Below are positions 1-9,126 of a DNA stretch of 24,507 nucleotides, piece after piece; positions within the stretch are counted from its first letter, which is position 1, and every line of letters begins with the position of its first letter. The notes beneath the pieces are model-generated. The model had not been told where the DNA came from, did no database searches, and saw only the letters and a program-made list of their open reading frames with translations. Source of the DNA: a virus (taxonomy: Duplodnaviria > Caudoviricetes); IMG/VR virus record IMGVR_UViG_3300032332_000065, positions 1 to 24,507 of that record; one strand, written 5' to 3'. The position numbers and the translations under genes were made by a program.

Positions 1-1
1 C

Positions 2-733
2 ATTCCTGCGGCACAAGCTACGCCTGAAATTACTCCAATGATGATGGAAATGTTGAAATTTGGTATAACAGCGTTTAAAGCTGGCAAAGGCCTTGAGGGA
101 CTTATTGACGAAACTGCCGACAAATTCCGCGAACAGGCTAAAGCTAAAGAAGGACAACCTAAACCGCCTAGCCCTGAAGAACAAAAGATGCAAATGCAAT
201 TACAGATTGAGCAAGCCAAGATGCAAGCCACGCAACAACAAGCACAACAATCTGCCCAACTTGAGCAACAAAAGATGCAGATGCAAATGCAACTTGAGAA
301 GGCCAAGCAAGAGTATCAGGCCCAAGAGAATCAGCTTAAATTCCAATTGGAAGAACAGCGCAATCAGGCTGATGCACAAATGAAGATTGCTTCTGACCAA
401 GCCAAGATGGAAATGGATATGAAGGTTGCCCAAATGAAGATGATGACAGAGCGCAATACCCAAGTATTATTGGCTCACATCAACAATGGCGCAAAGATTG
501 AAGTTGCTAGAATTGGCGCAGATGAATCAACTGGCGAGCAATCTTATTTGACCGAAGAAGAATATGTAAAATCCCAAGAGCATCCATTACAACCTATTGC
601 TAACGCTATTGGCCAAGGAAATCAGCAAATGGCGCAAGCAATTACGGCTTTAGTAGATACAATCAATAACCAACATAACCGCCCTAAAACGGTTATTCGC
701 GGTCAAGACGGTAAAATAATTGGGGTTCAATAA
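2..733 (+). CDS. Portal protein, C-terminal part (5' truncated by window edge)
   Basis: Frame is open from base 2 (IPAAQATPEITPMMMEML...). Long Gln/Met/Glu-rich coiled coil resembles the helical barrel at the end of P22-type portals. Lies upstream of scaffold and capsid genes. Confidence 0.75.
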   Translation: MPAAQATPEITPMMMEMLKFGITAFKAGKGLEGLIDETADKFREQAKAKEGQPKPPSPEEQKMQMQLQIEQAKMQATQQQAQQSAQLEQQKMQMQMQLEKAKQEYQAQENQLKFQLEEQRNQADAQMKIASDQAKMEMDMKVAQMKMMTERNTQVLLAHINNGAKIEVARIGADESTGEQSYLTEEEYVKSQEHPLQPIANAIGQGNQQMAQAITALVDTINNQHNRPKTVIRGQDGKIIGVQ

Positions 734-3700
734 TGGCTATAACAGTCAAGCATAAATTTGTAAGTGCTATTCCCGATGCTGGTGACCCAACGATTGTCCA
801 GCCATCAAATTGGAACGATGACCATGATTTAACAGGTGTAATTCCTATTGCCAATGGCGGTACTAATTCGACTGCTACGCCTACTGCTGGTGGGGTTGGA
901 TATGGTACAGGAACAGCTTTAGCTTATAGCTCTGCTGGCGGTTCAGGTCAATTCTTACAGTCAAATGGTACAGGCACTCCAGTTTGGGCAGATGTTATTT
1001 CTAATGCTGGTTCTGTTGGTTATTATGGTGCTTTTTACGATACTGCAGCCGCACAAACAGCGTCTAGCACAACAACTGCTTACCAAGTATTATGTGGCTC
1101 AACTGCCGCAAACAATGGCATTTCATTAGCTTCTAACGCTGTTACCTTTACCAACGCTGGTAAATATTTGTATGCGTTTAGTTTGCAAATAGCAAACCCT
1201 AATTCTTCTATTTCTACTGTTACTGTTTGGTTTAAAGTCAATGGAGTAGATTTACCTGATTCTGCTGGTACTTATGGTGTACCCGCAAAGCATGGCGCAA
1301 CCAATGGTTTATCTATTGTCGGATGGGAACAATTATTAGTTCTTAACGCTGGCGATGTGGTTACTATGTACTGGCAAGCAGATGTGGCAGGAACTAGAAT
1401 TGAAACATTGCCCGCTGGCACAAGTCCTGTATTACCTGAATCCCCAGCCGTTGCTATTAATGCTTATTCTTTGGCGCAAGTTGGCATTGGTTATTACAAT
1501 GAAACTTCTGCAACTTCTACCACTATTGGCACAGGTAGCAAAACTTTTACAGTTACTATTCCAGTTACAAGCACAGCATTTACAGTCGGCACAAGAGTAA
1601 GAGTAGCTTACGCAGTAACGCCTAGCAACTTTATGGAAGGTGTCATAACAGCGTTTACCACTACTTCTATGACAGTCAATGTGGATGCCACAGGCGGTAG
1701 TGGAACTTATGCTAACTGGACTATTTCTGTAGCTGGTATTGCTGGTGCAAATAGTACAGTAGGTGGCTCTACTACTCAAATTCAATATAACAATGCTGGT
1801 AATTTTGGTGGAGTACCTTTACTGACATATAACGGCTCTACGCTGGCTATGACAGGCAGTACTATTGATTCTACAGTCATTGGTGGTACTACCCCTGCGG
1901 CTGGTACATTTACTACGCTTACAAGTTCAGGAACAGCAACATTAGCTAATGGTTCTACTACTTATGTAACCATTACTGGTGATGCTAGTTACCCAATGGT
2001 AAAAGCTACTGGTGGTACAAATACTCCATTAGTTCTATCTCCATTAGGTACAGGCGCACTACAAGCACAAAAGACTGACTCTACAGCAACAGGCGGTAAC
2101 GCTAGAGGTGCTAATGCGGTTGATTGGCAGACTCAAAGAAACGCTGCTGCACAAGTAGCTTCAGGTTCACAATCTTTTATTGGCGGTGGTGGTTTCAATG
2201 TTGCTTCAAATCAATACTCTACTATTGTTGGTGGAACAGGCAATACTGCGGGTGGTTTTGCAGGAAGTATTGTAGGTGGCTCAAGTAATAATGCTGGTGG
2301 TTCTAGTTCTTTTATTGGAGGCGGTACAAGCAACACAGCTACTTCTGCTAATAATGGAATTGTTGCTGGACAATCTAATACTGCCGCTGGATATTTTAAT
2401 TTTATTGGCGGTGGTTTTACAAACTCTGGTACTGCATCTGCCGCAGTAACTACCCAAGCAACCACAATAGCTGTAACTGCTGGCACTACTCTTTATTTAA
2501 GTGCAACCAACGCTAACATTAAAGTCGGGCAGTACATAACAGGCACAGGCGTAACAGCTAATACCTACGCAACATCTACAGTAACTACTGGTACTGCCGC
2601 AGTAATGAACACTTCTACCATTAGTGGAACAACGCTTACTGTAGGCTCTTTAGCATCAGGCACAATTATTGCTGGTATGGTTCTAACTGGTACTGGTGTA
2701 ACTGCTGGTACTTATATCGTTAGTGGTGCTGGTAGTTCTTGGACAGTTTCTACATCACAGACTGTATCTTCTACAACAATTACTGGTACAGCCTATACAT
2801 TCACAATCAGCCAAAATGCTACAACTACTGCTGGTATTACCTTGTCTTTCTATACTCCTCATGGGGTAGTAGTCGGTGGTGGTAATAACCAAGCAACAGG
2901 AGCATATAGCTTTATCGGTGGCGGTGGCGATGCTGGAACATTGGCTTTTAGAAACACAGCATCAGGGGACTGGGCTACTATTGCTGGCGGTAGACAAAAC
3001 ACAGTTTCTAGTACTTATGGAACAGTTATTGGTGGCACTTCTAACATTGTAAATACTGGTGCAGATTCCGCTACAATTATTGGTGGTTCAGGATGCTCTG
3101 TTTCTGCAAGTGCAACTTACGCTATAGCTGGTGGAAATACTTGTGCGGCTAATAACTTTGCTGCTATAGCTTTAGGTGGTAGGCAAAATATTGCAAGTGG
3201 TGGTGGTAGTACAGTAATTGGCGGAAGTAGAGGAACAACGAGGTCAATCAATGGAATGGTATCTTTACCAGCTTCTTATTTTCCCATTGCTGATGTTTCA
3301 GGTGTTCAACAGGCTTCTACTTTAATTTTAGGCAGACAAACCACCGATGCTACAGCTACAGTTCTTACAAGCGACACATCAGCCGCAGGAACAACCAATC
3401 AAGTAATCCTACCTAATAACTCTGCATACGCTTTTACTGCTACTGTTATCTCTACTGCTAACTTTGCATTAGCTACTACTGCTACTGCTGGTTCGGCAGG
3501 AACAGCTACTATTACCTTTGCAGCGCAAACTGTAGCACCATTTATTGTAGGTCAGACTATCGTAGTCGCTGGTGTAACTCCTACTGGCTATAACGGCACT
3601 TACACAGTAACAGCTTGTACAACTACTACAGTTCAGTACGCTAACGCTACAACAGGCGCACAAACAGTCGCAGGAACAGTAACAGCTACTTCTTTGACTA

Positions 3701-3930
3701 AAGCATGGAAGCTAGAAGGTTGCATTATGAGAACTTCTGCCGCAGCAGGTACACGCTTGGTAGGTTCAGTTACTTCTACAGTTTTAGCAACTGATACAGG
3801 CACAGCAGCATGGACAGCAGTAGCGGCAGCCGATACGACTAATGGTGGACTAAAGATTACCTTTACTGGTGCAGCAGCAACGACTATCAGAACTGTAGCG
3901 CAGGTTTCTACTGTAGAAGTAACCTACTAA
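733..3930 (+). CDS. Long virion fibre/spike protein, 1065 aa
   Basis: Thr/Gly/Ala/Ser-rich. Contains the fibre motif IGGTTPAAGTFTTL and many (F/I)IGGGxxNxA beta-roll repeats. TAATG coupling to portal. Confidence 0.85.
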   Translation: MAITVKHKFVSAIPDAGDPTIVQPSNWNDDHDLTGVIPIANGGTNSTATPTAGGVGYGTGTALAYSSAGGSGQFLQSNGTGTPVWADVISNAGSVGYYGAFYDTAAAQTASSTTTAYQVLCGSTAANNGISLASNAVTFTNAGKYLYAFSLQIANPNSSISTVTVWFKVNGVDLPDSAGTYGVPAKHGATNGLSIVGWEQLLVLNAGDVVTMYWQADVAGTRIETLPAGTSPVLPESPAVAINAYSLAQVGIGYYNETSATSTTIGTGSKTFTVTIPVTSTAFTVGTRVRVAYAVTPSNFMEGVITAFTTTSMTVNVDATGGSGTYANWTISVAGIAGANSTVGGSTTQIQYNNAGNFGGVPLLTYNGSTLAMTGSTIDSTVIGGTTPAAGTFTTLTSSGTATLANGSTTYVTITGDASYPMVKATGGTNTPLVLSPLGTGALQAQKTDSTATGGNARGANAVDWQTQRNAAAQVASGSQSFIGGGGFNVASNQYSTIVGGTGNTAGGFAGSIVGGSSNNAGGSSSFIGGGTSNTATSANNGIVAGQSNTAAGYFNFIGGGFTNSGTASAAVTTQATTIAVTAGTTLYLSATNANIKVGQYITGTGVTANTYATSTVTTGTAAVMNTSTISGTTLTVGSLASGTIIAGMVLTGTGVTAGTYIVSGAGSSWTVSTSQTVSSTTITGTAYTFTISQNATTTAGITLSFYTPHGVVVGGGNNQATGAYSFIGGGGDAGTLAFRNTASGDWATIAGGRQNTVSSTYGTVIGGTSNIVNTGADSATIIGGSGCSVSASATYAIAGGNTCAANNFAAIALGGRQNIASGGGSTVIGGSRGTTRSINGMVSLPASYFPIADVSGVQQASTLILGRQTTDATATVLTSDTSAAGTTNQVILPNNSAYAFTATVISTANFALATTATAGSAGTATITFAAQTVAPFIVGQTIVVAGVTPTGYNGTYTVTACTTTTVQYANATTGAQTVAGTVTATSLTKAWKLEGCIMRTSAAAGTRLVGSVTSTVLATDTGTAAWTAVAAADTTNGGLKITFTGAAATTIRTVAQVSTVEVTY

Positions 3931-3949
3931 TTTTTAAAGGAGCATTAAA

Positions 3950-4225
3950 ATGGCATTAACAATGACAGCAGTAAATCCAACAACAGGCGAAACTACTAAT
4001 GTAGCCTACGCTAAAGTCACTAACTTTTATGGTACTAAAGACCAACTTCAAGTCCAAGTAGCGGTTTATGCTACTAAAGAGGCTAGGGAAAATAATCTTC
4101 AGACTATTAAAGATAACGCACACTATATCGGTGTTGCCGACCTACCAGCCAATACAGACCTGATGCCAGCTATTTACACAGTCTTAAAGACAATGGCTGA
4201 ATATGAAGGCGCAGTAGACGCTTAA
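3950..4225 (+). CDS. Small fibre-associated protein, probable assembly chaperone
   Basis: AAAGGAG SD. 91 aa directly after the fibre gene. C-terminal Y-x-x-LK-x-x-x-EY-x-GA-x-D ending typical of small proteins following phage fibre genes. Confidence 0.6.
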   Translation: MALTMTAVNPTTGETTNVAYAKVTNFYGTKDQLQVQVAVYATKEARENNLQTIKDNAHYIGVADLPANTDLMPAIYTVLKTMAEYEGAVDA

Positions 4226-4689
4226 TGTTTCAAACTGCGTTTCAACCCAATGCGTTTCAAAATAACGCATTTCAGATTGTCATTAAACCTTTAGGGGGAG
4301 ATGATGGCGGTGGTTGGACAAAAGAAGAATTAAAAAGAATCCAAAAAATTCATCTAAAGATCGCGGAAAGACAGCGCAGGCTTGAACAAGCAACAAAAGA
4401 CGCAAATACTTATCGTAAGCAAGCATTTAAAGATTTAATTGATCCTGTTGCAAAGGTTAAGCAATCTAAAGTACAATTAAAACAAGAGGTTAAAGCTGAT
4501 ATACCGTTAGCTGAAACAGAAGATTTACAACGGTCTATAAGCTACCTTGAAAAACAACGGGATAACATCCTTGCGGCAGTAGCTTACAGAAAACAACAAA
4601 ATCTCATAAGAGATCAGTTGATATACATGGAAGCCAAACGCCTAGAGGAACTAGACGATGAGGAATCCATATTAATACTTCTGCACTAG
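4225..4689 (+). CDS. Hypothetical virion-module protein with N-terminal AFQ repeats and coiled coil
   Basis: TAATG coupling. MFQTAFQPNAFQNNAFQ, then a Gly linker and helical region ending DDEESILILLH. Confidence 0.7.
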   Translation: MFQTAFQPNAFQNNAFQIVIKPLGGDDGGGWTKEELKRIQKIHLKIAERQRRLEQATKDANTYRKQAFKDLIDPVAKVKQSKVQLKQEVKADIPLAETEDLQRSISYLEKQRDNILAAVAYRKQQNLIRDQLIYMEAKRLEELDDEESILILLH

Positions 4690-5576
4690 ACGCTGATAGC
4701 CAATATAAACTAGCCTACAAACATCTACACGCTGGCCGTTATGAGGCTGGATTTAGGCTTTTTGAATACCGTTGGCATCCTGATATTGTGGCCCAACAAG
4801 CTGTACCTTACGCTCCATCTTTAAAAATGCCTGTATGGAGAGGTGAAAGCCTATTGGGTAAGTCAATCACCGTACAGATGGAGCAAGGCTTTGGTGACAT
4901 CCTTATGTTTGCTAGATTCTTGCCAGCATTAAAAGCTTTAGGAGCGTCTAAAGTCGTTGTTTTGCAAGAAGGTACACTACACCACCTTTTAGGGCAGATT
5001 GACGCTGTGGATGTATTTAGCAACGGATTAGAGGGTGTTGTGAATGAATCTGACTACTGGATTGGTTCAATGTCGCTTCCTTATTACATTTCTTTGTCCC
5101 ATCCCCTTGTTAAATCGCTATTTCCCGTCACAAAAGACAAGATTGTGGGTTCAGAAGGCTATTTACACGCTATCCCAAGCAATATTCCGCCCAAGATCGG
5201 GGTAAATTGGGAAGCATCCAAGCAAACCTTGTACTACATCAAGTCGATTGCCCATGAGCATATGGCCGAAATGGTCGGTGATGACGCTTATAGCCTAAAT
5301 CCTAACTCTGAAGGGCTATTTCACCCACTTCCTAATGACGGATGGAAGAAAAACTGGGTACAAACAGCTTCTCATATGAAAGCTATGAAGGGAATTGTGA
5401 CTGTAGACACAGGAACTGCTCATTTAGCTGGTGCTTTAGGCGTAAAAACTATTGTTTTGTTACCTAAAGAAGAATTTGTGTGCTGGCGGTGGAAAAATGC
5501 CCGTTGGTACGATTCTGTAGTTACATTACGCCCACACGAATATGACCAAATACCCGATTTAATAAGGAGAATGTGA
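4671..5576 (+). CDS. GT-B fold glycosyltransferase (GT9/heptosyltransferase-like, TPR-GT type); start uncertain (ATT 4671 proposed, first canonical start GTG 4788)
   Basis: Motifs WRGESLLGK, EQGFGDILMFARF, SMSLP, VTVDTGTAHLAGALG and WRW...WY. The upstream in-frame stretch LAYKHLHAGRYEAGFRLFEYRW matches the last TPR-like helix that usually precedes this domain. Confidence 0.8.
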   Translation: MNTSALDADSQYKLAYKHLHAGRYEAGFRLFEYRWHPDIVAQQAVPYAPSLKMPVWRGESLLGKSITVQMEQGFGDILMFARFLPALKALGASKVVVLQEGTLHHLLGQIDAVDVFSNGLEGVVNESDYWIGSMSLPYYISLSHPLVKSLFPVTKDKIVGSEGYLHAIPSNIPPKIGVNWEASKQTLYYIKSIAHEHMAEMVGDDAYSLNPNSEGLFHPLPNDGWKKNWVQTASHMKAMKGIVTVDTGTAHLAGALGVKTIVLLPKEEFVCWRWKNARWYDSVVTLRPHEYDQIPDLIRRM

Positions 5577-5947
5577 TGCAATGCCCTAATTGTGGCTGGA
5601 TAGCTAATAACCATGTAAAAGCTAAACAATCTGACGAAGAATTCTTTATAGAATGGTGGACACCTACTATTGGAGAGGAAGCCGCCAAGGCATCTTGGTT
5701 AGATAAGGTTGCTATGAAAACTAGGGTTGCCCCGATGGTGATGTCTGACATTGAAGGTCATATATCGATGGCTGATGGTACTTGGGTATCTTCCCGTTCA
5801 AAGCACAGAGAGAATTTAAAGCGCAATAACTGTATTGAATTAGGTAATGATGTGCCTACGCAACAAAAAATGCATGAATTTTCAAGAAAAGACCAAGAAG
5901 CCCGTAAGCGTCAAATTGCGGAAGTAGCCTACGCCAAATTAACATAA
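5573..5947 (+). CDS. Conserved-type head-module hypothetical protein with N-terminal CxxC
   Basis: Overlaps the GT stop (GTG 5573 or ATG 5576). CPNCG at the N-terminus. C-terminal DGTWVSSRSKHRENLKRNNCIELGND. Immediately precedes the scaffold gene. Confidence 0.7.
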   Translation: MMQCPNCGWIANNHVKAKQSDEEFFIEWWTPTIGEEAAKASWLDKVAMKTRVAPMVMSDIEGHISMADGTWVSSRSKHRENLKRNNCIELGNDVPTQQKMHEFSRKDQEARKRQIAEVAYAKLT

Positions 5948-5957
5948 GGAGCATTAC

Positions 5958-7058
5958 ATGAGTGAAGAATTAGACCGTAGAGAAATGTTGGAAGCCGCAT
6001 TAGAACAAGCCGAAGAAGGCACTTTAGAAGCACCAATCGAAAAGGAGATAGAAGAAAATGACGATCCAATCCAAGCCGAAAACGAAACTAGCACTCAAGA
6101 AAGCAACGACCGTGACGAAAAAGGTCGTTTCAAAGGTAAGTCGGAAGAAACCAGTAGCCAAGACGATACCGCTGAAGAACCTGAACTGGTGGCAGAAAAT
6201 AGTTCTGAAACTGAAGTTGATGTAAAGCCATCGCGCCCAACTACATGGAAAAAAGAGTATGTAGAAATTTGGGACAAGATGGAAAAAGGGCAACAGCTAG
6301 AAAAGCAAGACTTTGTTAAGTTTGCTGAATATGCCAATCAACGCGAAGCTGAATACAAGCGTGGTGTATCTGCTTACAAAGCTGAAGCTGACAGCGCAAG
6401 ACAATTAACCGAAGCAATTGGGCCTTATGTTCCTGAACTACAAGCGCAAGGAATTCACCCAGTAGCTTGGATTAATAATCTTGGTCGCGCGCACATGATT
6501 TTGTCTAAAGCACCGTACGACCAAAAAGTACAGATGTTTCATAGACTTGCACAAGATTATGGAATACAATTAGATAAAAATGCGATGCAAATGCCCGAAC
6601 AGGCGTATGTAGACCCGTATCAACAACAGTTAATGCAACAACTTCAAGCTACACAGCAACAAGTTCAGCAACTGTCACAGATTCGGGAGCAAGAGGAAAA
6701 TGCTCGATTGACCCAAGAAATCAGTCGAGTAAGCGGTAACAAGGTGGCTTTTCCGCACTTTGATATGGTTAGGGAAGATATGGCTCAATTACTTGAGCGA
6801 GGTTTAGCCCAAGACCTTGAATCGGCTTATGCAAAAGCTGTGCGTATGAACGATGAAGCTTACAAACTGGAACAGGAAAAACTCCTGAAGTCAGCAAGTA
6901 GTCAAGCATCTAAAGCACAACAAGTAGCAAAGGCTAAAGCAACTGCGGTTAGTCCGAAGTCCGTTACTCCTAGCGGTCAGGTGTCTAAAACAGAGGCAAA
7001 GGATAGACGCTCTGTGTTAATGGCTCAATTGTCAGAAGCAGAGAGTGGTCGGGTTTAA
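5958..7058 (+). CDS. Capsid scaffolding protein
   Basis: TAAGGAG SD. Acidic disordered N-terminus with RDEKGRF motif, coiled coils, directly upstream of the major capsid gene. Confidence 0.8.
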   Translation: MSEELDRREMLEAALEQAEEGTLEAPIEKEIEENDDPIQAENETSTQESNDRDEKGRFKGKSEETSSQDDTAEEPELVAENSSETEVDVKPSRPTTWKKEYVEIWDKMEKGQQLEKQDFVKFAEYANQREAEYKRGVSAYKAEADSARQLTEAIGPYVPELQAQGIHPVAWINNLGRAHMILSKAPYDQKVQMFHRLAQDYGIQLDKNAMQMPEQAYVDPYQQQLMQQLQATQQQVQQLSQIREQEENARLTQEISRVSGNKVAFPHFDMVREDMAQLLERGLAQDLESAYAKAVRMNDEAYKLEQEKLLKSASSQASKAQQVAKAKATAVSPKSVTPSGQVSKTEAKDRRSVLMAQLSEAESGRV

Positions 7059-7081
7059 CTTAATTTTATAAAGGATATATC

Positions 7082-8059
7082 ATGGCATTCGCTAATAGCG
7101 CAATTACCGATATTATCGCTACAACCATTCAAAGCCGTAGCGGTGTATTGGCAGACAACTTGACACAAAACAATGCGATCCTTCAGCGTTTGAACGCTAA
7201 AGGTAATGTACAACCGTTTTCAGGTGGTAATGTGATTTTGCAAGAAATCATGTACAACGACCCAAATACCAATAACGCTAGTTCATATAGCGGTTACGAA
7301 GTATTGAACATCACCCCTGATAGCCCTATTTCTGCGGCTCAATTTTCAATCACCCAGTACGCAGATAGCGTAACAATGAGTGGTTTGGAAATGTTGCAGA
7401 ACAGTTCTAAAGAAGCAATCATCGACCTGTTAGATGGCCGTATGCAAGTTTCCGAAGCCCGTTTGTTAAACCGTATTTCAGGTGACATCTATGGTGACGG
7501 TACAGGTAATGGCGGTAAGAACATTACTGGTTTGGCTGCTGCTGTTTCTACTTCACCTACAAGCGGTACTTATGGTGGTATTAACCGTGCTAACTGGACT
7601 TTTTGGCAGAACCAAGCGACTACTGGTGTAACTGGTTACGCTAACATTCAAGCCAAAATGACTGACGCAGCTATCAAGTCTGTTCGCGGAACTGATAAAG
7701 TTGACACAATCGTTGCTGGTAACACTTTCTACTCATACTATGTTCAATCCTTACAAGCTATTCAGCGTATCGCTGGTGTAGACGAAGGTGCGGCTGGTTT
7801 TGCTAGTTTGAAGTTCTACGGTGGCGGTATGTCTGCTGATGTGATCTTGGGTGGCGGTTATGGCGCACAAGAAACCGCAACTTATATGTATTTGTTGAAC
7901 ACAAATTACTTATTCTTGCGCCCACATAAAGAGCGTAATTTCGTTCCTATCGGTGGCGAGCGTCAATCGATCAATCAAGACGCGATCGTAAAATTGTATG
8001 GCTGGGCGGGCAATTTAACTTGCTCCAACTCATTCCTACAAGGCGTGTTGACAACTTAA
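7082..8059 (+). CDS. Major capsid protein (HK97 fold)
   Basis: AAAGGA SD. 325 aa with motifs IIATTIQSRSGVLADN, YGDGTGNGGKNITGL, GTYGGINRA and NQDA...WAGNLT. Follows the scaffold gene. Confidence 0.9.
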   Translation: MAFANSAITDIIATTIQSRSGVLADNLTQNNAILQRLNAKGNVQPFSGGNVILQEIMYNDPNTNNASSYSGYEVLNITPDSPISAAQFSITQYADSVTMSGLEMLQNSSKEAIIDLLDGRMQVSEARLLNRISGDIYGDGTGNGGKNITGLAAAVSTSPTSGTYGGINRANWTFWQNQATTGVTGYANIQAKMTDAAIKSVRGTDKVDTIVAGNTFYSYYVQSLQAIQRIAGVDEGAAGFASLKFYGGGMSADVILGGGYGAQETATYMYLLNTNYLFLRPHKERNFVPIGGERQSINQDAIVKLYGWAGNLTCSNSFLQGVLTT

Positions 8060-8086
8060 TCCATTGATTAGAAAAGGAAATTTATC

Positions 8087-8380
8087 ATGGCATATACCGT
8101 TCTCCCCATCGCTGGCGTGGATTTGGCTAATACAGCACAAACAAATCCTAACTCCGCTGGCACAGCAATTGCAACATTTGGCCCTTTAGGTGCTGAAACT
8201 TTCGGTAGCGATGGCTTCCGTTATGTTTTTGCCCAAGCCGCAACAGCAATTGGCGCATCAACCGCTACTTGCGTAATCAACGCATCTACATTCCAAACAA
8301 CTTTGGGTGTAGGTACATACTTGTCAGGTGCTTCTATGGCATCAGGCGATTATGGCTGGTTTAGCAAGGCTAGTGTTTAA
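8087..8380 (+). CDS. Probable capsid decoration/cement protein
   Basis: Small Ala/Gly/Thr-rich protein between the capsid gene and terminator. G-x-DG-x-RYVF-x-Q and GDYGW motifs. Confidence 0.65.
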   Translation: MAYTVLPIAGVDLANTAQTNPNSAGTAIATFGPLGAETFGSDGFRYVFAQAATAIGASTATCVINASTFQTTLGVGTYLSGASMASGDYGWFSKASV

Positions 8381-8401
8381 TAGCAATTTGTAGTAAAAAC
8401 G

Positions 8402-8437
8402 AAGGGTTACCTCAAAAGGGTAGCCCTTTTTTTCTTT
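8402..8437 (+). terminator. Intrinsic terminator after capsid/decoration genes
   Basis: AAGGGTTACCT-caaaa-GGGTAGCCCTT stem (with G-U pairs) running into TTTTTTTCTTT. Confidence 0.9.
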
Positions 8438-8474
8438 AATCGTTTTACCCTTAATACCTTGAGGAGATTTAAAA

Positions 8475-9125
8475 ATGGCTTTACCAAGCGATGAGCATAA
8501 TGCAGATTCCCGATTACAAGTACGCTTTTACAAGCGCGCTATAAAACAGGAAGATGCTTCTAACGAAGCTGGCAGACCGATATTCAAAGAATTTGATTTT
8601 GTCCATATCTGCGTTGCTGGCGATACTTTAACCGAAATTGATACTTATGCACTAGAAAACCATAAACAGCGTTTTCCGCTACATTGGTCGGCATATCAAA
8701 ACAAACTAGGTGCTGATGATGCTGGATATGAAGGAACTCCCTTAACAGAGTGGCCTTTAGTATCAAAGTCACAGGCAGAAGAACTCCGTGCAATGAAGTT
8801 TCACACGGTAGAAGCAATAGCAGGCGCATCGGATCAACAGCTACAACGCATTGGAATGGCAGCAGGAATGTCACCCTATGCGTTTCGCGATAAAGCAAAG
8901 GCATTTTTAAATTTAGCCACAGCATCGGCAGAAACTGACAAGCGTGAACAAGAATTAAACGCATTACGCGAAGAACTTGCCAAAAAAGACCAAGAAACTG
9001 CTAAAATAAAGGCAGAAACAGATGCGAAGATGGCCTTAATGCAGGAACAAATGGCCACTATACTTGCCGCTGTTGGTGAAAAGAAACCCCGTAAATCAAA
9101 AACGGTAGCCACAGAGGAAGCTTAA
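8475..9125 (+). CDS. Hypothetical morphogenesis-module protein (possible helix-hairpin-helix-like core, C-terminal coiled coil)
   Basis: GAGGAG SD. GTPLTEWP...AEELRAMKFHTVEAIAGASD core, then coiled coil and basic tail. Confidence 0.7.
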   Translation: MALPSDEHNADSRLQVRFYKRAIKQEDASNEAGRPIFKEFDFVHICVAGDTLTEIDTYALENHKQRFPLHWSAYQNKLGADDAGYEGTPLTEWPLVSKSQAEELRAMKFHTVEAIAGASDQQLQRIGMAAGMSPYAFRDKAKAFLNLATASAETDKREQELNALREELAKKDQETAKIKAETDAKMALMQEQMATILAAVGEKKPRKSKTVATEEA

Positions 9126-9126
9126 T

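Noticed and set aside
8059-8087. Capsid read-through or frameshift extension into the decoration gene
   Set aside because: No slippery heptamer at the capsid end, and the downstream gene has its own SD.
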